Source: Candidatus Iainarchaeum sp. (GTDB lineage Archaea > Iainarchaeota > Iainarchaeia > Iainarchaeales > 0-14-0-20-34-12). Taken from it: a DNA stretch of 32,000 nt. The notes under the pieces were generated by a model. That model saw only the letters and a program-made list of their open reading frames with translations. It did no database searches and was not told where the DNA came from. The stretch covers positions 1 to 32,000 of the forward strand of contig JAUSKK010000054.1 of the NCBI GenBank assembly GCA_030649345.1, given 5' to 3'. Shown here piece by piece: positions 8,698-18,500 of the stretch; position 1 is the stretch's first letter; the number at the start of each line of letters is the position of its first letter. The translations under genes were made by a program, and so were the position numbers.

Positions 8698-8747
8698 TTC
8701 TATAATTAACTATAGAAATGCTTTTATACTATAGTATTCTATAGTAT
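8698..8747 (+). promoter_or_regulatory. Promoter/operator region of the RHH-PIN cassette (TTCTATAG-type repeats plus TTTTATA box)
   Basis: Inverted repeat ttctata(8698-8704)/tatagaa(8711-8717). Direct repeat ctatagtat at 8729-8737 and 8739-8747, spaced 10 bp apart. A TTTTATA box lies about 33 nt upstream of ATG 8760, and GGTGG lies 4 nt upstream of it. Confidence 0.45.
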
Positions 8748-8759
8748 ATAGGTGGTTTT

Positions 8760-8960
8760 ATGTCTGTGATGCAAGCTATTCCAGCAAAATTAACTTCGAA
8801 ACTGGTTAAAGAAATGGATGTTTTGGTAAAAGAAGGATTGTATTCCTCTCGGAGCGAAATTTTGAGAGATGCTGTTCGTCAGCTAATTTATAAAAAACAA
8901 TTGAAGCAGTTAACTCAGGCTGTTGAAGAAGATATTGAATGGGGTTTGCATGGCAAATAA
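8760..8960 (+). CDS. Ribbon-helix-helix (CopG/Arc/MetJ-type) antitoxin
   Basis: 66 aa. AKLTSKLVKEMDVLVKEGLYSSRSEILRDAVRQLI has the beta-strand/helix/helix pattern of RHH antitoxins. There is a GGTGG SD, and the stop overlaps the downstream PIN start (ATGGCAAATAA). Confidence 0.85.
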   Translation: MSVMQAIPAKLTSKLVKEMDVLVKEGLYSSRSEILRDAVRQLIYKKQLKQLTQAVEEDIEWGLHGK

Positions 8961-9456
8961 AGAAACAGCTGTTTCAGATACTGGCCCAATTTTGCATTTA
9001 TCTTCGATAGATTCTATTTCTACATTTAGTGTTTTTTCTAAAGTTTTTGTTTCTGAGATTGTTTTGTTTGAATTAAAACAGAATGATTTTAATTTTTATT
9101 TTTTTAAGAAATATAATTTTACAAAACTTTTTTTGAATCCTGATTTTAGACGAAAGTCTAAGCTTTTTCTTCTGGAATACGGTTTGCATTTAGGCGAAAG
9201 CAGTACTTTGGCTTTGGCTTTGCAGGAAAAAATTGAGTTATTTTTAACAGATGATTTGGATGCCCGGGAGACTGCAAAACGTTTGGGTTTAACTCCGGTA
9301 GGTTCTATCGGGATTCTTGTACGTGCATTTCGTGAAAAAATTTATTCCAAACAAGAAACTGTTCAAAAATTACTGGATTTAAAACAAAAAGCAAATTTTT
9401 TTGTAACTGATTCTTTAATTCAAAAAGCAATACTTATTGTAGAAAACTTCAATTAG
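8950..9456 (+). CDS. PIN-like (DUF3368/COG2405-type) nucleic-acid-binding toxin
   Basis: I moved the start to ATG 8950 (MANKETAVSDTGPILHL..., 168 aa), which overlaps the RHH stop by 11 nt. Acidic positions sit in VSDTGP, LGESST and LTDDLDA. GLTPVGSIGILVRA resembles the DUF3368 PIN-like family. The stop is TAG. Confidence 0.8.
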   Translation: MANKETAVSDTGPILHLSSIDSISTFSVFSKVFVSEIVLFELKQNDFNFYFFKKYNFTKLFLNPDFRRKSKLFLLEYGLHLGESSTLALALQEKIELFLTDDLDARETAKRLGLTPVGSIGILVRAFREKIYSKQETVQKLLDLKQKANFFVTDSLIQKAILIVENFN

Positions 9457-9472
9457 ACTTCTTTCAATAAAA

Positions 9473-9533
9473 AAATAGAAATCCTTAGCTTTTTTAGTTG
9501 ACTAAGAATTTTTCTGCATTCCAGACAATTTCT
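9473..9533. repeat. Direct repeat copy B: the functional 3' end of giant 2 plus its hairpin
   Basis: Matches 8621-8680. It contains the last 13 codons (..TEIVWNAEKFLVN*) and the stop of giant 2. Confidence 0.8.
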
Positions 9534-12500
9534 GTAGCTGTGTCTGTAGTATTCATGCACAATTTTTCTGTTTGAATATCTTCAACCATTTGTTTTAATC
9601 CAGCTGAATATGGGTTGGTCAATAAGCTAACTGCTCCTCCGCTGGTTCCACTGATTGTAGGCGTTGTTGTTAGATTGCTTTGCAATTGGATGGATTGCTC
9701 TGAGCACAATACTAATAAATTTCTGGCATTAGATTCTTTGGGGACATATACTACTCCAATTACTGAAGCTGTTCCACTGGCGATGGTTACTTGAGCCGCA
9801 TTTTCTTTTACAATATTGGCACAAGTTGTTCTAGCAGATTCTCGGGTAAAGTCTTTGACTAATTCTGTTATTGTGTTTTTCTGATCTTTGTCTGTTTTGA
9901 ATCCAACTAATTTATCTGAAGGCAAAGCTCCAGGTAAATGACTGGTTGTTGCAGATTCTGTCAAAGTCAAGTATACTGTATTTGCTTTGGATGTTGTATT
10001 TAATAATTTTATTCCGCTTACTGTGCTTGGACTAAACAATAAATCTACTGCGTTTGCTTGTTTGGTTAAAGTTAATAATTTTCCATTTTTCACGTCTTCA
10101 AATAATTGTTTGTATCCTGTTTGTTTCAATGCCAAAGTACTTCCAGTTCCTAAAGTTTTAGCTAAAGGATTGGCTCCATCTAATGTTAACTTGAATCCTT
10201 CTTCTATGCTTACACCGTATCCTTCTCTTGTGTCAGTGCCTGTCATTCCTAATTCTCCATCAAATGGCAAACTGAACAATAAGTTCTTGGCGTATTCTGT
10301 TGTATTTGCTGTGTCCATTTCTGCTAATGTTTGAGCTAAACCAAATTTGACTGTTGGGCCTGCAGGTGTAACAGTCCAATTAGTTATATTTACTGCTACG
10401 ATTTCATCTAATTGTACTGTGTATAATCCTGAATTCTTTCCTGGACTCATTTTTTTGGCAGAAACTTCGTCATCGCTTGTTAATATAGTTCCTTCTAATT
10501 TGACTTGTTTAAATGTCCAGTCGCTATTGACATTATTTCCTGGATACGTTGAATCAAAGTGTCCTGTGAAGTTTGCGCTTGTTTCTTGTCCGTCTCCAAT
10601 TAAGTAAGCCTTAAATGGTTTCAAGTCTACTCCACTGGGCAAATCGCTTGTTGTGTAATTGTCTGCTTGCTCAATTAATAATGCATTAATTTGAGCTGAA
10701 TTGCTTGGAAGTACTTTGTAGGTTGGCAATACTTCTTCTAAAGAATTATTTAAAGCATTCAAGGCTGTGATCCATTCATTGGTTGTTCCTTGAATGGTTA
10801 ATCCACTAATTGTACTTTGGCATTGGTCTATTGTTCCATTATTGCAGGTGCCTGCATTTGTGCCTGTTTTTTGCAATACATCCAACAGTCCTGAAACCAA
10901 TTGAGAATATTCTTCATAGGTCATTAAATATTTGTTTTGCAATCCAGTTGGAGCGCTAGCTGATTGTAATTCCGCTACACTTGTTTTGATTGTATTTAAT
11001 ACTGGACTATCTGTGTTGGTTAATGTTGTGCCTTCAAATACTAAAACAATTGGAACGCTGTCTTGCATGTCGTAACATTCTTGGACTCTTGTGCTTACAT
11101 TGGTTAAATTTGTTTTCAGTGTACTAATTTGAGTTCCAGTATCTGTTGCACTAACTCCTGTTAAGGTTGCAATTAAGTCATTGCCATTACAAGTTGTTTC
11201 AGTTCTTCCTTGTTTGAATCCTGCTTTCAGTAAACTTGCTCCTTTGACATAGAATGCTTGTGCTTTATTCTCTTCATCTTTCAATGTGATAGTTTTCTTG
11301 GTTAAAGAATGTAATTCAATTGGTTGTACTTGGGTACAAACTTCTTTGAAGTTAACAGAGTCTGCTGCAGCCAATCTGGCTTGCACTACTTTGACTGCTT
11401 TTTCTTGCAGGTCTTTTACTTTTTTAGTCATGCTTAAAGTGAATTGAGTTGCATCACAAAATTTGTTTTCACAAGTTTCTGCTGTAAAGTCTGCTTCTGC
11501 CCAAGTGAATAATAATTTATCCAAACCATATTTGGTTACTGCGTCTGTTCCAGTTACTGGTGCATCGGCTGCTTTGGCTAATGCAATATCTCCAACTGAA
11601 CAATAGAATGCACTTCGATCTGCTTTGGCTGCTGCTGTGGCATTACAGCGTTTTTCTTTTTCACTGTTAAAGAATTCTAAGTTTGCTTTTTCTAATTTTG
11701 GAATACTTAATGCGTGTGTTGTTTCAAAGTCAATGGCTTTTTGGTAATCTGTTTCCCAATTAGGTACTAGTCTATTGAATTCAGTTGTATAATCTCTAAT
11801 AAATGCATCAATTTCTGCTTGGACTCCTGTTTTGGTGTATCCTGTACAATCATCGCTGAGTAATTTTTTCATTAAAGCATTCCATCGATCAGCTAATGCA
11901 TCTGGGAATCCTGCTGTTTTCATTTTTTGTGTTCTTGCATCCACCAATGCTTCTGTGTTGGCTGCTTCTGGCGGGCATTTTTCTACAAAGATTTTTTTCA
12001 TAGCTTCTTTCATGATTTGTTTTTCTGTAGGATTCCATAAACTTGCGTCAATTGCATCAATTTCTGCCAGCAATTTATCTAAGTCAGCTTTTTGTTCTGC
12101 AAAGGTTGTTCCAGTAAATGGACAAACTGTGTGAGCTGTTTCAGTAAGTGATTTTAATTTTGCATACAATGTTGGATTGGCTATTTTAATTTTATTTAAT
12201 ACTGGTGCTGCTGCTAATGCTCTAGCATCGGCTGCTGCTTTTTCTGCACAAGCTTTTTTGCCTTGGTCAATTAATTCATCTGCTTTTGCGCCGAATACTG
12301 TTGAATTCGTTGCCTTATCTGCTGCATCCGATGAAGCTAAAGCGACTTGATTCATTAACTGTACTTTTTCAGTATTTGGATCTGGTTTACAAACTGTTGG
12401 ATTGACTGCAGTTCTTAATGCATCTAATACTGTTTTGTAATTTGCAGGGAATCCTTTGGCTTTTCCTGTGTTCAATAACCATTGGTATGGATCTGTGCAT

Positions 12501-15500
12501 TTGTCCTTGTAATCTTGTTCTAATTTAGTAACTTTTGCAACTGCTTCTGCACTTTCTGTAGCTGCTTTTACTTTTAATTTAGCAATATCTGCTAAACTGG
12601 TTGCAGTACAATCAAATCCGCTATTTTTATTTAATGCTTTATCTAAATCATCAATTTCTTTTGCAATTCCTGTTAATCCTGTGGGTGGTGTTACCGGTGT
12701 TGCAGTTGTACATTTCAATTGTTCTCTGGCTGTTCCAATAACTAAATTAATTGATTTTTTGTTTTCGTCTCCAGGATATTTTGTAAGCAATGCAGTTTCT
12801 TTTACTTTCAATTGATCGCAGTTAACTTTTCCTGCTATAATATCATCTGCTAATTGTTTGAGTTCAGTTTTTAATTCAGTATCAGTTACTTTTTCTGCTT
12901 CTGCTTTAGCTGCTGCTCCAGCCAATGTTTTTCCAATCTCTGCTGGTGTTCCTGTGGTTGTTGCACAGAATGTATCTAGTGTTCCTGCTTTTTCTTGAGC
13001 TTCCACTTGTTTGACTGTAACTCCTTTATTCAATACTTTGACTTTAACTGGCAATTGAAGAATATCTGAAGTTCCTGGATTGTTTTGTGTTCTGGTAATT
13101 CTAAATCTGGCAGGCGATCCTGATTCAGATAAATTAATGACTGCACAATTTTGTTTCATTGCACTTCGATCAATGGTTAACAATCCATTGTGTCCTTCGT
13201 CTGTGACTCCGAATTGCAATTTGACTCCAGAATCATCTGTATAGCTTCCGTCTCCTTCGAGTGTTAAAAAGTCTCCAGTTCCACATACTGGACCGTCAGC
13301 ACATTTTCCTCTTTGAGCTACATCTGCTCTATTGCGTGGAATTTTCATTAAATAATCTGTAACTTGGTCACTTCTCTTGAATGCATAAGCATCCGAGCCA
13401 TTAGTGAAATGTAATTTGTCATTTAACCATCCGTCTCTGGCTGTGACATCAAAGTAATCTTGCTTGGTGCTCGACGTTTTTGCTCGCAAACAAGCAGCTG
13501 GCTGGATGTCAATATCTCCGGCTTGCATGACTGTGTCAAATACTCCGAATGCTTGATAGGGATCTACAAATTGTACATCAAATAATTCTACTTGAGGTCC
13601 AGTTGGAGTAAAGTAAGGTACTGTAACTCTTCCTGGACTAATAATACTGTGACCAAATCTGCTTGCACTGATTCTTAAATTTCCAACTTGCTGGTTGACA
13701 GAACCTTCAGTGAATCCAGGGAATTGATCAATCACTTGAGGATTATAGTAGACTGAGAAATGCAATACTTCGCTTCTGGATTGTCCTGATCCGCCTTGAA
13801 TAACTGCAGGTGTTGTATTAATGTAACTGATTAAAGGACAAGCTCCTAAATTATACAAACCTCGGCCTGGAATCATTTGTTGTCCAGGTAAAAGTCCTTG
13901 CTGTTGCCCTTGGAATCCTTGTTGTTGGAATTGCTGCTGGGCTGGTACTGTAACTCCGCAAGATTGGTTAGGCATTCGTAACATGTCGGATGTTGCAACT
14001 GGATAACATTCAATGTTTTGTAATCCAAAGGTTGGATCTAGTTTGTATCCGAAGTCTACACAATTGTTGGTAATTTTTCCTGTACTGGCAATACTGGTTA
14101 CAAAGTCTACTTGGAAAGTACTAGGACTTAATACTGGCTTGCACATTTGTTCTACTTCGCCAGCTCGCATAACTGTAGCTTGTAATTCGCCTAAACCAAT
14201 AAAGCTAGTTTCTGCTCCTAAGATTCTTCCATTAATACTTACAGGATATCTTCCAGAAAATATTGTTGGACTAACTGTTACTTCTGCTTCTTGTTTAGGC
14301 TGCAATTCTATTCCTGGTTTTCCTACTCTTAATCGTGAATCTGGTTCAATTTTTAATTCTACGGAAACTTCACAATTATTTCGTATCAAAAATTTTCCTT
14401 GACTGACTGGATTATTGGGGTCAGTGCAGGAAAAAGAATTTCCAAACAATGGACTTTGCATTCCATAGCCTTGTTGAGATCTGTAAGGTGAATCAAATAC
14501 ACTGGTTGGTCTATTGTATAAAGTATTTTGGTATTGATCGTATGGACTGTAATTGGCGCTGCCATAAATGGGTTGTCCTGTTTGTGTAGGTTGCGTTCCT
14601 ACTGTTCCTGCATATCTTCCGAAGTTGGTTGGATATTGTCCTTGGGGGATTCCTTGTCCACCGTACAATCCGCTAAATCTTGGGTCTGTCATTCCTTGAT
14701 TGAATCCAAAAGAATTCTGCATTATTCCAGAACCTAAATCATAACCACAAGTATACAATTGCAAGGGTTGTCGTTCAATGATTTCTACACATTGACTTAA
14801 TTGACTGACAATGGCGTCTGTTTCTAATTTGGCTGTTAATGTTTCTGGCCCAGCTAAAGTTTGATGGCTTCCGGAGATAATTAAAGTAGGCTTGGCTTTC
14901 GCACTTTTAATTTTTTTGTCTGGAATAAAAGTAAATCGTACAGTTCCTTCTTTGCTTTCTGGAAATACTTGTGCTAATTTTTGTTCTTGTTCATTTAAGG
15001 CTACTGCTCCTTTGTCTTTGAATAATTCGCTTTCAATTCTCATTTCACCTAAAGGTTGTGCTGTTTTCCAGTCAATTTTGGCTGAAATATTTTGCAAAGA
15101 AATTGGAATTCCTTCCACTGTACAAGAATTTTTGATTTTAACATCAATGCTTTCTTGAGCTGTTTCGGTTGCAAACTTCCAAGTACTTGGAGTAAATGTT
15201 AAACAGTCTGCTAAATCTACTTCGTTTCCTAAAAGGATTCTGAATTTTAATGGAATTCGTGCAGTCCAAGTTTTTCCTACTGTGCTATTTGTAATTTGGA
15301 AAGCTAACATTCCATCGATTGTTTGAGTTTCTGTAACCAATTTTCCTTTCTCCGTTAATTCAAATAAAATACTGGCATTACTGTCATGGTTTACATCTAA
15401 TTTGAGTCCTTCAATTTCTTTCAAGTTTTTAGCTTGAACCAATTCAGTGCTTTTAGAATCTAAAGTAACTTTGCTGATGGTTAAAGGCAAAGGAGTAATA

Positions 15501-18500
15501 TTCACTAAAATAATTTCCAAAGATTTGCTAGAACCTGATCCTGGAGTTAAATCCAATTTAAGTTCCAGGGGTTTGACTGCAACCAAAGTTTCATCGATTT
15601 TGATTTCTAAATTATTGGCTTTGAATGAATTCTTTTTAACTTCAATTTTCAAAATTGAATCTACATTGGGTGATTCTAGTTTGAATGCAAATATTCCTTC
15701 AGAATTGGTTGTGCCTTGAGCTACAATTGGATTAATGCTGGCAATAACTTCTGCATTGGCTATAGGCTGGCCTGTTATATCTGTGACTTTAACTACAATT
15801 GGATTGTCTACAAATGGAATGATTGCAATGGGCAATACTTCAATTTTAAGTTCTGCTGCAGGCAATACTTCTATTCCCAATGCATGCGTAAATGTTTTTT
15901 GCTGTCCGCTGACCAAACTTAATTCTAAAGGATTGAATCCTTCTTTGGTTGCTTCAAAATCTAAAGTTCCAGTAATTTGTCCGTCTTTTTCTAAGCTTCC
16001 GATTTCTAAATTGAGTTCAGATCCATTTCCTGTTCCTGTAACTTTTCTTCCTTGAGCATCTGTAATATTGTATCCTTTCAATACAATTCCTGCAGTTTCA
16101 TTTACAATTTGAAGTTGTGCATTGGCCAACAATCCTGTGGTTGTTTTGGTTAAAGTAAAATGCAGTCTATAATTTCCAGTAATGCCTGCACTGTAGGAAT
16201 CAATGACATTGCTTTTCAGTCTGGTTGAAACATTTTCTATTTGTAAAATTTTACAAAATCCTTGAGAACATAAATTACTAGGCCCGACAGTATATACTTG
16301 AACTTTGGCTTCAGCATACAAGTTTTGTTTTTGTCCGGTATTTTCTTCAGTTCCTAAACTATCATCTCTTGGATCTCTTGTGTAAGTATTTCCTTTGATT
16401 CCATAGCCTCTGTACAATACTTGGACTACGTCTCCTTGGACTGCTTCGGGTTGAACCAAGATTTCTGCTTGAACTTCAAATACTCCAAAAGCAGGCAATC
16501 CATTTCTGTTAATTGTCCATTCTACATTAGCCCATTTACTATCTCCTGTAGTTAATTTTGAATAATCTGTAGCAGTATTATTATTGGGAGTATAAGTTGT
16601 TCCTTTTTTGATTACGCCTATGCTTAATACTTCTCGGATCAAAGAATTGTCTTCATCCAATGCTGTGGTTGTTCCTTCTTGTTCTCTTCCAGTTCGCAGG
16701 TGTACTCCTACAGTATCTAAATTGCTTCCTTGGGGTGCCAATACTTGTACTGTTGCTAAATATTTTCTGCCTGCACTGACACTATTTTGAATTGTTTCTC
16801 CTTCTAATTCTAAATTTTTTAATTTTACAGTTAATCCAGAAACATCTTTTTCCAATTCAATCAAGCGTGCTTGTAAATTAGCAACAGCTGCATTCATTGG
16901 GACTGTAACATAGGGTAAAAATTCGTCGGCTTCAATTACAAAAAATACTTGTTTGTCGGCTCGAACTTGTGCAGTGACTTTTCCGTCAATATTGGAAGTT
17001 AATTCCTGCAATGTTCTATTGGTTCCTTTTTCCAATACTTTAACCAAAGCACCTTGAACTGCTTGTTGTTCTGCATCCAATAAACTTAATTCAATGGCTG
17101 TAGTTCCAATGGTTAAGCTGACAGAAACTTCTTTAATTTCGCGTTCTCTTACTGTAAATTCTGTACTGGCTTTTCCTTCAAATCCTTGTTTTAAAACAAA
17201 AACATAATAATCGCCTGGAACAATATTCGTAAATTCAACTCGTCCATCTGTTCCAGTAGTCAATTGTGCTCCGATGGGTGTATCTTGAGAATCTTTTAAT
17301 CGAATTTTTGCATTCTCTACTGGCTGTTGGTGTTCATCTACAACACTTACGACCAAAGCTTGAGCATTGACTACACTGACTGCTTGCAATGAAATAGAAT
17401 ATTCTTGTGCTTGTGCTCTAACATTATTTTGGGTTGCAATATTGTATCCTGCTTTATCCACTTCCAAAGAATACGTTGTACTGGCTGGAACATTTAACAC
17501 AACTTGTCCAGCTGTATTCGTATAAGCTTCATACGGTTGTGATGCTCCAGTTTTTAATTTAACCAAAGCTCCAGCAATAACTGTTTGAGTTGTGCTGTCC
17601 ATTACTTTGACTTTAATTTCTCCTAAAGTAGTTGTTTGTAATACTGCAGTAAATGAAATACTTGTTTCAGCTCTCAATACTCTGGGTTCGCTGGTATAAT
17701 CTTCGTATAATCCGTTTCCGGAAACTACAATATAATATTCGCCTGCATTAATTTCTGTAAAATTTACTGCTCCAGATTCAGAGGTTACTTCAGATGTTTC
17801 AATTAAGTCATCGCGATCTGAACTGGTTCCATTGGTATTCATTAATTGTACGCGTACTTCAGAAACAGTATTGCCTGTAGAATCTTCTGCTTGAACTGTT
17901 ACACTTCCTTTCAATACTTCATCTTGTGCTAAAAAGATTTGAGGCAATGCTTGTTCTAAACTAACTTGTTGTCCGGAAACATTGAATCCAGTAATATTGT
18001 CGACCAATAAAGATCCGCAGTTGCTGGGAATATTTTGTACATTGGCCAAGCCATCTTCGACTGTAACAGTAGAAGTATAAGCTGCACTTGCATTGGCACA
18101 ACTAAAAGTTGCAGTTACACTGGTACTTAATACTGCACTGCCTTGCATAAATTGAACTGTTTTGTTGAGTAAAGTAATTTCTTTTCTTAATCGAATGGTT
18201 TGAGTGTCTGCTTGAGTTAAAGCTGAATAGTTTTGGGTTTGTGAAACAAATCCTTCTTTAGAAACAGTTACTGAAAAATCTTTTTGCAATGGAACTTTTA
18301 ATTCAAGAATTCCTTCTTCATTGGTGTTTGTAGTGGTTGTTTGTTCTCCGACTGTTAAAGTAATTTCTGCATTTCCTAAGGCTGTTCCTTCTTCAGAATA
18401 AACACTTAAACTTAAAGCTGTCTGGCTAGGCACCAAGACCATGAACAAGCCGGCTAGAATTAAAACAAGTAAAAGAACTGCAATTGGAAAACTTGGAATA

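Noticed and set aside
9987-16790. Plus-strand ORFs of 60-129 aa inside giant 2
   Set aside because: They are antisense shadows of a 3044-aa open frame, with no start context or recognisable motifs.
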